A stretch of 64,000 bases of DNA from Yuukianura sp. NJ FZ-2021. Taxonomy: Eukaryota. Shown here piece by piece: positions 24,677-36,695 of this stretch (position 1 is the first letter of the stretch; each line of letters begins with the position of its first letter). The notes below the pieces were generated by a model, which saw only the letters and a program-made list of their open reading frames with translations, was not told the origin of the DNA and did no database searches. A program made the translations under genes and the position numbers. Location of the stretch: NCBI GenBank assembly GCA_046563655.1, contig CM102284.1, positions 3,720,001 to 3,784,000 of the forward strand. Reading direction: 5' to 3'.

Positions 24677-26627
24677 CAAGATTCTGTCAGACATTAGAAA
24701 CCCTAACCCCAGTAAGTCAAGTTTAGCTCCGCCTACTGTAGATGTACCGTACGTACCCGAAAACGTATCTATCGATTTGGTTTCACAATGTTCAAGTTCT
24801 CCACCGACTGATTTAAATTCTTGCACTCAAGTGAGTACGCTAGAAATAACGACTTCAAATTATTCTAGTGAGGAGAAGTTAACTTTTGTTCATGAACTGT
24901 CTACTTGGAGCGTAACGTATAACATTCCACATGTCGCAGTTTCTTCTTTGCTGAAAATTTTAGCTATTCGTCTTCCAAATGAGAATATACCTTTAGACGC
25001 TAGAACTTTGCTACAAACACCAAGAAATCTTAGTTACAAGAATTTGGAGGGTGGGAACTTTTTTTATTTCGGTTTAACGGAAGAGTTGGTACGCCGGGTT
25101 ACTAACAATTTTTCAGCAATTACTGGCAACAATCTTACGGTGTCAATAGGAATTGATGGTCTTCCACTCAACAAAAGTGATGACACTCAATTTTGGCCGA
25201 TTCAAGCCAAATTGGATCAAATATGTGATGACGAACCGTGGATTGTTGCCATTTTTGTTGGTTTAACAAAACCCCAATGCCTGAACTCATACCTTACTGA
25301 TTTCGTTTCGGAGTTTAGTCACTTAAAAAATAACGGAGTTACAGTTTGTGACAAAAAATTTCGTTTTGATATTAGTTGCGTTGTCGCTGACGCGCCTGCG
25401 CGAAGTTTTGTTAAAAGTATCAAAGGACATAATGCATACTACGGATGTGAACGATGTCTAACCAAAGGTACATATTACCTAGGAAGTGTAAGATTCCCAG
25501 TTGACGATTCCCTGCCACGAACTGACAGCAACTTTGCCGAAAAATTTCAACCACAGCATCATGACGGTGATTCACCGCTGACAAGATGTGGGTTCGGAAT
25601 GGTTTCAAAGTTTCCCCTTGACTACATGCACAGTGTGTGTCTCGGCGTCATGAAAAAGTTGCTGGGGCAGTGGTTAAATGGGAATCTTAGACTACGCAGG
25701 ACAGATCGTCTTCTCATGAGTGAAACACTTTTAAGTTTACGTGCATTTATTCCAAACGAATTTAGTAGAAAATGCCGGGATTTAAAATACTTCAAATACT
25801 TTAAAGCTACTGAATTTCGCTTGTTTTTGCTGTATACCGGTTATGTGGTCCTCAAAAACCGACTGAGCAAAACTCTCTTTCAGCACTTCACAAAGTTGCA
25901 CTGCGCTATGCACATTTTGCTTTCTTTTCACGCTAGCAATGCTACAATGATCAATTCTGCTCGAAATCTGCTTGTTGAATTTGCAAAAGAGGCACAAACC
26001 ATTTATGGTAAACAGTTTCTTGTGTATAATGTTCATTCTTTAATACACTTAGCTGATGACGCTGAAAAGTTTGGACCCCTAGACTCTGTCTCAGCTTTTG
26101 ACTTTGAAAATTCAATGCAGAAATTACTAAAAATGATACGTGGTAAGCATTACCAACAACTCCAACAAGTGACACGCAGAATTTTTGAGAGGTCAGCAAT
26201 TAAAAACCTATTACCAAGAAAAGTGCCAGTTAGGAATTTTAAGAGTGGCGTAGCCTATAAGAATGTTAAAGTTTCTCACAGCGAAGGGGACAATTGTTTT
26301 TTGACAAAAGGTGGTGAATTAATTGTAGTTACGAAAATAGTTAAGGGGGTAAGACAAGAGGGTGACTTAGATTCTGTTAAAATACACTATAGGTTAGCAA
26401 TTACTAAAGATTTAAAAAACTATCCTGTAAAAAGTTCGGAGTTAGAGATTTTCAAGGTCACTGGATTTAGAAAGCTAGGCACATGTACTCTAAGTATGTT
26501 AAAAGAAAATGTGTTATGTTGCCTAGTCATAAAAACTCAGGAACACGAATTAACTATATCTGTATCCCATTTTGTACATTGCTATGAAATAAAAGTGATT
26601 CCATGTCAAAGTTTCTTGCGAGTATGA
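24630..26627 (+). CDS. EnSpm/CACTA-type DDE transposase (probable 1-nt frameshift near the C-terminus)
   Basis: Motifs IGIDGLPL, FWPI, DAPARSFVK..GHNAYYGCERC, PLDYMHSVCLG, FKATEFRLFLLY, YNVHSLIHL and SAFDFEN. First ATG at 24630. Confidence 0.88.
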   Translation: MSSPQAQQQRRRRKINKILSDIRNPNPSKSSLAPPTVDVPYVPENVSIDLVSQCSSSPPTDLNSCTQVSTLEITTSNYSSEEKLTFVHELSTWSVTYNIPHVAVSSLLKILAIRLPNENIPLDARTLLQTPRNLSYKNLEGGNFFYFGLTEELVRRVTNNFSAITGNNLTVSIGIDGLPLNKSDDTQFWPIQAKLDQICDDEPWIVAIFVGLTKPQCLNSYLTDFVSEFSHLKNNGVTVCDKKFRFDISCVVADAPARSFVKSIKGHNAYYGCERCLTKGTYYLGSVRFPVDDSLPRTDSNFAEKFQPQHHDGDSPLTRCGFGMVSKFPLDYMHSVCLGVMKKLLGQWLNGNLRLRRTDRLLMSETLLSLRAFIPNEFSRKCRDLKYFKYFKATEFRLFLLYTGYVVLKNRLSKTLFQHFTKLHCAMHILLSFHASNATMINSARNLLVEFAKEAQTIYGKQFLVYNVHSLIHLADDAEKFGPLDSVSAFDFENSMQKLLKMIRGKHYQQLQQVTRRIFERSAIKNLLPRKVPVRNFKSGVAYKNVKVSHSEGDNCFLTKGGELIVVTKIVKGVRQEGDLDSVKIHYRLAITKDLKNYPVKSSELEIFKVTGFRKLGTCTLSMLKENVLCCLVIKTQEHELTISVSHFVHCYEIKVIPCQSFLRV

Positions 26628-27330
26628 ATTATTATTTTGATAAATGGCCCATAACATAAAAATTTAAAGGACCAAATTCAGAAATATTAAGGGGACCTAA
26701 GTCCGGCCGGATTTTTCTTCAATATTTGGTCCTCATCTCAAACCCGGATAAGGGCCAGAGTTGAGTTGTGAAGTGTGGCACTGTACTGGACCAACTTCAC
26801 ACATTGTTGGGAGAAGTGTGGGAAGTCCCACTCGGGCCGCACTTGGGATTGAATACAAAACACTTTTTTTCCCAAACATCTAAAATTTTATTTGGCCCAA
26901 CAAACTCCCAAAATTCTGTGGCTATGTGGGATGTAGTACTAAATTAATTGGACAACAAAAACTATTAACAGTGAACTTTGACCGCAGTGTAGCGCTATAT
27001 CACAAATTGTCAAAAACTAACTTAACAAAGTAGTCACGAACCTAAACCTAATTAATTGTAATCCAGTTGTCAAATTTCAGCGGAAGTTAAAGTTTTAACT
27101 CAAATTAATGATGTTTTAACAGATTTAAAAAAAAATACAGTTGAAAAGTAACAGTTGAATTGAGAGTTGAGACTTCCAAGACTATTTGAAACTGTTCGTT
27201 CGAACTTGTAGTTCTTTTAACTCCACTGGGAGCAGCGATTATCGTTCCGCCATAACGCTTATTACTAACAATCAATTAGCCAAAAATAAATTACACTTTT
27301 AGCGATTGCGTTTGCGAGTTAACTTATAGT

Positions 27331-30300
27331 CTACTTAATTCTAAGTTTTTTACTAGGCTGAGTGACTCGTCCTGAACGTGTCGCTCTAACACCAATGGCG
27401 TCGTCAAGACGTTGGACAAAAACTTCCGCAGCAACGGGATTTCCTGAGGATGAAACTGATTTGCGTCGCCTCTCGACCACTACTGCGTCTTCAGGCACTT
27501 TTGTTTCAAGCGATTCTTCCACATCTTTATGTTGACGTAGGGATTTTAGATGCACAGCTCTTCGATGTCGTCTCACATCGATCTTGGAAGGCGAATAGTA
27601 CTCACAGTTTTGACAAACGTAGAACCGCCCTCGTTCTGACTCTGTATCTAGTAGAGGCATGCGTTTCATCGGTATACGAATAGATTTATTCTCGTCTGGA
27701 TCCAGTTGGACTTCTTCTGCTTGATCTCTGAGTAATTTTGAGGTAATGAGCGATTCTCGTGTGACTCTTGGACGAATCAGAACATCTTCTTTACGACGAA
27801 GACCAAGGGCAAACAAGAATTCGTCAAACGTAGGAGAACCAGCCTCCTTTTCCCACACTCTTGGAACATGCCTTCGTTTCCGAAATAATCTGGACTCTTT
27901 CAGTTTTTCTAACTTTTCCAGTCTCTTGGCTCGAGCAATTTGTGCTGGCGTTTGTTTATCACGCAGTCGAAGTTTCCGTTTTTCATTTGAGCTAGAATCC
28001 TCTGATTTCTTAGTTTCGTTGGTCTGTTCCTTCTTGTCCTTGTTGCGTGTCCGGTCAACGTATAAGAATTGGATGAGCTCAGAAACGGGCACTTCAGGGT
28101 GATATTCGTCGCCATGTTCTTTGATTCCATCTATGTCATCTGATGTAAATCCGCACAATGTGCAAAAGTGGCATTTTGGGCCCTTGGCTTCACTTCCAGC
28201 CGTTGGCTTCAGTATATGCCTTGGAGGAGCAGCGGCAACATGAGCTTTAGCAGTTTTTACAGTCTTGTGAGTCATTTCTTCGGCATCATCAAGTCTTCCT
28301 TGCTGCAGAAGTTGATCTTGTAATAGTTTCCTTCGTTTTCTTTCCAATCGCTTATGCCTTTCTTCCCTAGCGCGAACCAACATCAGTTTGTGTTCGAGGA
28401 CTATCGATTAAAAAATAGAATAAACATTCTCAGCAATTGACAAAGAGTCGAATTTTGAAGAGAAGCTTACGCATTTTCTTTTTCTTCTGACATTCCAGGG
28501 CATATTTTGACTGAATCCTAGAGTGTGACTTTCTTTCGTTCCTGCCGTATTTGACTTCGATTTGATAAGATTGGTACGTATCGTCAATAGGTGGGCCATC
28601 ATAGGGGTAAAGGCACGTCGATGGAAAAATAGACACCAAATTATCCTCGTCCACATGAAACTCTTGATCCACGAGAGTTTTGCGGGCGTTCCGTGTCCGA
28701 AAGAAGTAGCGAGGACAACTTGTGTCAAAATTCTCAGCCTCTTGAGTCTCTTTATGTTCCGTGAGCTCGTGTGCTTGACACTGTTCTAATTTGGTAACTG
28801 AAAAGCGAAGAGACAAGTTTAAGGTATAATTTTCTTATGAAATGAAAACTGTGTTACAAAATTGAGCCTTACATCCTTTCTGGCAAACAGGGCAGATAAA
28901 ATGATCCAGAGCAAAATGGCGTCGCCGATGTATTACGTATCTAATTTTGCTCTAAATCAAAAGCAACGTCAATTTAGATACATGCACAGAATACATCGGG
29001 ATTGGGATTCATTTTGATTTTTACCTTGAACAAGATTTCGCAGATTGGACAAGTCATTTGCCCATGCGAATCCAGCTTTATATTCTCGAAATCGCAATCG
29101 TCAGTCTCTAGTGGAATAATGTTATCATCCTCATCATCGTTCCTGTTGCAGTCCAGAAACTCTTCGGGCTGTTTCAGCTTCTCAATGTAATCTTCTTCTT
29201 CTTCGGATTCAGAAGACGAGGATGAAAGGTCAAAGTATCTGAAGGTTTTCTTGCCGTTGTCTTCAACTTCGGAGTCGGAGGATATGCCATAGTCAGGAGG
29301 ATCCTTAGATACTTCCGGCGATGTGTGGTCATACTCTGAAATATCGTATATAGAAAGTAATAAAGTCCTTTGTTAAAATTTCAGCTTTGATCGGGCATTG
29401 AAACTGGAGATGCTTTGAATGTGACAACTATTTCCATTTATTTATTTTTAGCTGGGGAATCCGACGAAATGATTTTAGGTTTCGTTTCCGAGTCGGAAAT
29501 TCCGTCTCCGAGTTGGAAAACTAACGGTATAAGCTAATATATCTTACCTTACAAGGGTAAGGCTATGACAATAAGATGACGGCAATAGAATCTAATTTAA
29601 TACTTCAGTAATTTACTTCACCCAAGCTAAGAACCTTAACCTTATCATTAAGTTTAATAATTTATTAAGTATCGTCGGATACTTAATGGGATTGCTTTGT
29701 CCGTCCGTCCGTGAAACTTTGGGATCGTAAACACTCGGTTAAAACGAGTTGCGAGCGGTTTTCGGAACATTTTATTTTTTTAAATAAATTAAAAATGACC
29801 GATGCACTACCATTCCGTTTTAGGTGTTTGATCTAAAATGGCATATAAAGCTCAAGCTCATTCATATTTTGAATAAGAATTTCAAAAAATTGTCCTAGTT
29901 AGTATGCTCCTCCCAATTCTAGGCACAAGTTTTATGGAGGTAGGCATAGTATCAGGAGACCCTGTCTGGAAACTAGGTCAAAGGTCAAAGTCACTTTCCA
30001 ACAAAACTGGCCGATCTCGATGGAAAATCTGTTAACAAACAGTAATGATACTTTCTTTAAAGGTTTCTTTACAAGTTTACTCAGTGAACAAATATGAAGG
30101 CAAATATTAATTGAACCGGTGAATTACAAAATGTACGGTCAGAAAACTTTAAACATCGACATTTAACCTTACAATGCCAGTACTAACATAACGTATTTTA
30201 TAATCTGACCACGACCAGATCTCTTCATAAAAGTATGAAAAGGAAAGAAAACAACTGTTGTACCTATATATGTAAAATGTAATGTATCGATCTGCAAAAA

Positions 30301-30450
30301 TTTAACAAATTTTCCGCACCGCCGCAGGCAATTACAACTTACATACTAAATTTATATAACCATATTCTGGACTGGACCTTGGTCGTATATTAGAATAAAG
30401 TAAGTAAAAAAAATACCTTCATTGTAAGTATATGCGGATCTACTGGACAT
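27331..30450 (-). CDS. C2H2 zinc-finger protein with acidic N-terminus, about 5 exons
   Basis: Exon 30417-30450 (MSSRSAYTYNE) splices in frame to 29335. Fingers are CPICEILFK/SKIRYVIHRRRH, CPVCQKGF..LEQCQAHELTEH, CTLCGF..KEHGDEYH and CQNCEY..RRHRRAVH. Basic C-terminus. Confidence 0.7.
29662..30078 (+). mobile_element. Putative DINE-1/HINE-like (Helentron-associated) non-autonomous element in intron 1 of the zinc-finger gene
   Basis: 5' 10-bp inverted repeat ATTAAGTATC/GATACTTAAT (29664-29687), then a (GTCC)3 microsatellite (29699-29712). At the 3' end, a sub-TIR remnant GATACTT (30047) followed by a short imperfect hairpin and AGTTT. Confidence 0.5.
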
Positions 30451-32032
30451 TTTGGACGATGTTTAGTGGTCACTGCTTCGAAAGGTCAACTCGAACGACA
30501 CGTACTCCCCTTAAGTCCGCAATCTTCCTTTTAAAACCAAAGCAGATAAAAAACCCTAGGTTCTTGAAGTCAATAGACATTGGGAATTTCCATTTCCATT
30601 GTCCGCAAGAGGGAGCACGAACTGTTTCAGTAGTACCAAAGTCGCCTTCTCAGTCAACGGATTTAAAGATGGCGTCCAGTAAACGATGGAAAACGTAAAT
30701 GAGAGGGAGGAGACAAATTTTCAAAAAACAGTCACTCTTACCTCAACCTCTCTCCTGTGAACGGTGGGTTTAAATGTTACCGCACACTCGACACATTGGA
30801 CGTTTCTCTCAAGAGACCAACATCGCAGTTGGGCATCTGAAACACATAAGGAGCCCGTAATTTCCAACCTTATTCCTAGGTTTCTAAAGTGAAATCGTAT
30901 AGAGGTCAAAGGTCAGACGCGCTTTCACTCTTTCATTTCAGTGGTTACTACGTTAGCGATTAATTAAATATTTAAAAACAGATGATGCTCAGGAGGTCGA
31001 CTCGGATGATTCGGATATTCAAAATTTTACCCTCCCCCAAAAACTCAAAAATTCGGAATTATTTTTAAAGACTGATTTAGCAACTTGAAAAACTAAGGCA
31101 CTGAAAAATATCTCAGTTACTAACTGGTTAATTTTAATAACGTCATAAATGTTGTATACTACAAGTCGATTTCACTTTTCTAATGAGAATTAACTGTGTA
31201 TTACCAACATCATTACCTTTCACCACTAGCCTCTTACATGGGCAAACATAAAGAATTTTTCAAAAATTTTTAACTTTTTAGCACTAAAATATTTAAAATC
31301 AATTGTACGCATTACGTTGGGCGTATTTCGGTCTCTCAATTTCAACGTATAGGAAAATCTTACAAACCGCGCTGTAGTAGTCCGTACCGCTTATTTGAAT
31401 AACCATGAGTTAGCCAACCTGACATACTAATTACTATTACATAGCTTTATCTTTTAAGTTTGCCCTATTTGCTCATGTATTTTTTAAATTTCAAATAGAG
31501 TTGACTATTATATTTAATAATTCAAGCATTTTATTTATAAAGTTCTTATATTGCAATTTATACTAATTAAATATGCAACTTCAATTGCTAAAATGTAGGA
31601 GGTTAAATGAGTAGCGGAAGCCACTTTCATCAGAAAGAAACCAGTCTGCCCGCCTACATTTAACTAATAAAGACCCGGGTAATTAACTTTGATTAGAAAT
31701 TGAAGGTTACCTAAGTTTAGGTGCGAATTGGGGGGCAAGTGGGGAGCAAATTGCTATTGTTTTTTGTTGCGTAAGAGGTGGGAGTTAAGTTGGCGCCTTT
31801 TTTACCTCGGCTACTCAAACGGTAAGAAGAAAAGACTGGTTTATTTGCGTGTATCCTCCCATTTGCTAAGCCTGTCCCTGGCTGAGGGATGCGGATAAGG
31901 TACACATGAGCAGACGGAGCGGAGGGGATCACTTCTCGTCTCCTCGCATCGGCGTCACTCTCTACTCTCTCCTTCGACAGACAACCGAACCAACGACCAC
32001 ACATTTCACATCACACAACTTCATCAATTATC

Positions 32033-32887
32033 ATGGTAAGTTACACTCGTTAATTTAACTAATCACTCCCAATTCAAATGTCCACTGGTAACCCACACTA
32101 CCAACTACCTCCATGCCAAATTTCAGCGTCCTACGGCCACTTTTGACCCATTAAATGACCAAAAATAGAGGACCCGGTTTAGGCGGGTTCCCCTTTTTAT
32201 TCATTCCATAGCATGTAACGCCTATCCACACTAACTTATGACGATCAAATTGAAATCTGAACTTGATTTTGGTCACAGGCTGGAGGAAAAGCCGGTAAAG
32301 ACTCTGGGAAAGCCAAGGCAAAGGCAGTATCTCGTTCCGCTCGGGCAGGACTCCAGGTATGTCCAGTATTCAGGATTTACATCATCCGTTTGCCCAGAGA
32401 TTCCTATATTGAAATGTGTTTGTTGTTGTTTAGTTTCCTGTAGGAAGAATTCATCGTCACCTCAAGAGCCGTACAACTAGCCATGGACGTGTGGGAGCCA
32501 CAGCGGCAGTATACAGTGCTGCCATCCTGGAGTATCTGACTGCTGAAGTGAGTACTTGTGTACTTCTTTTCAAAGTTTCAAATTGAAATGAAATCAATGG
32601 TGCTCAATCGATTCAATCTGTTTTTAGGTATTGGAATTAGCCGGAAATGCTTCAAAGGACTTGAAGGTGAAACGTATTACTCCGCGACATTTACAACTGG
32701 CAATCCGTGGAGACGAGGAACTCGATTCGCTCATCAAGGCTACCATTGCTGGAGGAGGTAACAACATACGCGCCTTGTTTCAATTATATTTCAATTACTA
32801 ATGTGAAACGTTTTTCTGTTTCTAGGTGTCATTCCCCACATTCACAAGTCCCTCATTGGGAAGAAAGGCACACAGAAGCCGGTCTAA
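32033..32887 (+). CDS. H2A.Z: Histone H2A.Z variant, 5 exons
   Basis: [128 protein letters not shown]. Confidence 0.97.
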
Positions 32888-33283
32888 AAACTATAATCTA
32901 ACACTTTGTTTACGATCTACAGTTTTGTACAATAGGGTATCCGTCAAACTTCTCACAAGTTATAACTACTTTGAAAGTAATTTAATTATTACAGGCTAGA
33001 ATGAGACCCTAAAGGAGCATGGGTGTGGTGTTAGTTCAGAGGAATAATTACAAATTGAAAAAATATTCTTTCCTCTGTCATTCTGTTCATTTTTTATTAC
33101 AAAAACAGAAAAGTGTTCTCACAATTTAAGATTTTTATTAATAGTTATAATAAAAACACTTAATGTACTTGAGAGAAGCCGAAGAATTTCCAATAATTGT
33201 AAAAAATAGTTTAATGAATTTAATAAAGTGTTAATTATTACACAAGTGTTTTGGAATCTTTTCGGTTGGGGTAAATCGAAATT

Positions 33284-33407
33284 GCATCCATTGTAACCAC
33301 TGACGCTATTAATGTATCCACCTGATTGTAAGTTGTCCCAAATTGTAACCAATTGTAACCACCGGACGGTTACAAAAATTGCGTCGGTCGGTGGTTACAA
33401 TGGAAGC
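33284..33407. repeat. ~120-bp foldback or MITE-like element
   Basis: TCCATTGTAACCAC (33287-33300) is the perfect inverse of GTGGTTACAATGGA (33391-33404). Internal TTGTAACC and GGTTACAA repeats. Confidence 0.6.
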
Positions 33408-33415
33408 GGTTTATT

Positions 33416-36400
33416 TTAGCTCGGATGCAGTAGGGATTTGATTGGAGTTCCATTACTGGTAGATGTCACTATGCTTATTGATGGCTTCCTATCAGTAATT
33501 GGAGCAACTATGGTCATTTCAGCTGTCTGGAGGTTGACGATAACGTTTGTATTGGATTTTCTGATTAAATCAGGAATGTCTTCTTCATTCATCAATGGGG
33601 GATTGGATAGCCCAGCATTCTGGAGCACTTCGATCCAACGATCTGAGCAGTTGAGGAAATGAATTTGTTTGTGAGTCTTTTCAAATCCTTTGACGAGGGA
33701 TACAAGAGCAGTAGCTGCCGTGTAGTCAACTTGTGACCAATTTTCAAAATTTAAAAAGTACGTTCTAATTGTTTTCTTGTGTTTGAGTCCTAGTTTTTGC
33801 ATTCGTGTTCGAACAAAGTCTACCGATGGAAAGATGAGGCCAGCTTCCGGTGTGATTACAAAATACTTGGTTCCGGTGAATTCGTCAGTTCGCATGTCTT
33901 CAGTGACCTTGGGTTGGAGCATGCGCATGAGAATTGATCCAGTGCTAATGGCAACTCCAATGATGATTCCGTATTCCATCCCAAGGAGAATGCAGGTAAC
34001 GAATGTGATAATGCAGGCGACAAAGTCCAGTCCTTATGAATTAAAAAAATATTAGATTTAAATTTCAAAATTTTGAAATTTTTGATTTCAGGTTAATGAA
34101 AAGCGACGCACTTGAAATTCTCCACATTGGCGTCAGCGTATCAAATTCAATCATGAACATCACAGCGCTGATGATGACAGCAGCAAGACTTGCTTTTGGA
34201 ATGTAGTAGAAAGACGGTGACAGGAAATTCAGCGCAAACAGAACAAGGATGCCTAGAAATTTTCAAAACAGCGATTTAGAAAAACTTGTTTTCGAAGAAT
34301 CAGCGTTACACTAAGCATTTACCGGTAAACAAGCCACCCATTGGACTCCTCACACCGCTCGCTTCGTTCACAGCGCTTCTCGAAAACGATCCAGAAGTCG
34401 GAATTGCGCTGAAGAATCCTCCGATGACATTGCAAGTACCTGCAATTTGCATGAATTCAATCATTTTTTCAAAATTTGTCAAATTTAAATCTTTTTAGAT
34501 TTTTTTTTTCAGTTCTTTTTTTTTCAAATTTTGTTTCGCTTTACCCAGGGCAAACATTTCTTGCGTTGCATCCACGCTTTGCCCGGATCCAAACGTCTTA
34601 GAAATTGCAACATTTTGGAGAACAGCAATCAGCGCAATGACGATTGGTCCAGTACCGAGGATTCCCCAAGTCTCTGAAAAGGAATACGTCTCTCCTTCCC
34701 CGTCCGTCGAGTTGTGCTGTTTCGGAAGGAGGAACTGCGGTGGCTCAATTGGAGGAAACCCACCTTGAACTGTCCCCACAATTTTGTATGGTGGGTGAGT
34801 CCAAATGGAGGAGATGACGGTGGTGATCACGACGATAATGACGTTTCTGGACACGGAAATGAGCCACAATGCCTTCTTGATAACCCTCGACCGCTGGGTG
34901 ATTTTGAGTGCCGGCAATTTCTAAAATTCAAAATACTTTTTTAAGCATTTATTGCAGAATTTTACGAATGAGTTGAGTGCTTACGCGCAGAAGCATAAGG
35001 GCAATGAAGCACACAATGCCCATGACAGAGTCAGCGAGGCTAATTGTCTTGATGTCCCTAAACACGGCTTCCCAGTAGCCAACGAAACCGCTGCCCTTGT
35101 CGCCCTTGATTCCGAAAAAGTTTTTAATTTGGGAAGAAATGATGGTTGTGGCAGCGCCTGCCGTGAATCCAATCGTCACTGGTTCGGAAATGAAGCTCAC
35201 AACCCAACCTTAGAAAAAAATACAAACTGAAACCATTTTGGAAGTTTTTGAAAACAAAAATATGTATTTTCAAAATTTGGACTTACCGAGTTGAAGTGCT
35301 GCCATGAGTAATTCGAAAACACCAGAGTAGAACCCTGTTAGAACTGCGCATGTAGGAAAGTCGTTTCCACAAGTTTGAAAAGTCAACAGACCCATGACCG
35401 CTGTGGGCCCAATTGTCGCTTGGCGACATGAACCCAAGATGACATACAGCAGAACGGCAACGTAGGAACTGTAGAGTCCATACTGTAAATACAGATTTAC
35501 ACATTTACAAAATTTTGACATCAGAAATCAAAATTTCAAGAAGATTCAATTTCTTTAAAATAGTGCTGACCTCTGGAGACAATCCGGCAATGGCAGCGTA
35601 TGCCATAGACTGCGGTACGACAGTTAAACCCTGTCAGAAATTATCCGAAAATTCCGAATTTTAGTAAACATTTCGAATCATTGTGAAAATTGTTCAGCTT
35701 TTTTGGCATGAAACTTACGACAGTGATGCCGGCAATGGCGTCAGCCACAAGATCTCCAGCTTTATACGACAAAATCCATTTTGTAATTGGGACCCTCTTG
35801 CGCATAAGCTTCTTAGCTCTAGCGGCATGACTCGTCTTGTCTTCTTTTTCTACAATGATTCGACGATTCAACTTACAAATTTCCATTACAATTCAATTTT
35901 ACTCTATAAAACGCAGCTAAATTCTTGTAATTTTTTCTTTGGAAATTCGCAAAGGTCTATTTTTAGGAAATGACAGTAATCCACTCGTGAGATTAAAGTT
36001 CTAATATCAGCACTAAAGTTTATTGCAGAGGATTAGGTGCTACTTGAGTTGAAAGAAATTCACAGAGATTAAACCACTTTCTAAAATTGGAATTTCAATT
36101 GAATTTGAGAATGATTCCACTTAAATAGTGGAATCATTAACACAATCTTCATTGAACACTCGGACGGGATTTCATTAAACAGTAATCACCCAAAACCATA
36201 ATGCACAATTTAATAAAAAAAAAAAGTTTTGACACAATAATGTAAGTTAGGACATATGAATGGGAAGAGTTAGAGAAATTGGAAAATTGAATTTCTGAAT
36301 TGCACGTTATAAGTATTTGAATTCACGAAACTTTGAAACTTTGAAATTTTTAAGGTTTAACTTTAGGTAAAATTTGTACTAAGAATAATTATCCTATTAG

Positions 36401-36695
36401 TATATTTAACTTTTCTTTACCCGGTTTCATTTGTAAAGTTGGACTTTTCCCGATTAATTTCATTGGAAAAATGTGGGTAAAACTTTTTTTCGGGGAATTG
36501 GAAATCCCAAAATCGGAATATCACAGGAGTAACTTTAGTACTTTAGCTGACAAGGTCAAAAGGTCACAACCACTTTTGAGTCACGTTTTGAACTGTTGAT
36601 ATAAATTCAGTTTTTAAGTGACTTTCTGTGTTACCTTGCTTAGAAAAATCTCCCGCTTTTGACTCCGGGAGTTGATAGGTAGCCTTGGCCTTCAT
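33416..36695 (-). CDS. SLC26A11: SLC26 sulfate/anion transporter (SLC26A11-like), multi-exon, with C-terminal STAS domain
   Basis: Motifs DLVADAIAGITV, GLTVVPQSMAYA, YGLYSS, IGPTAVM, FISEPVTIGFTAGAA, DATQEMFALG and GSFSRSAVN, plus STAS DYTAA. Proposed start exon MKAKATYQLPES at 36635-36695. Confidence 0.85.

Larger units (their letters stand above)
22697..26930 (+). mobile_element. CMC (CACTA/EnSpm-like) DNA transposon, ~4.2 kb, full length
   Basis: Termini CCCACATAGCCA and TGGCTATGTGGG form 12-bp perfect TIRs, imperfect to ~40 bp. A 2-bp AT duplication flanks both ends. Subterminal TTTGGG/CCCAA and CCAAGTGCGG motifs are present, and the element contains a DUF4806-type gene and an EnSpm-type transposase. 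Confidence 0.88.

Noticed and set aside
32033-32035. H2A.Z first coding exon consists only of ATG
   Set aside because: Known conserved feature of animal H2A.Z genes.
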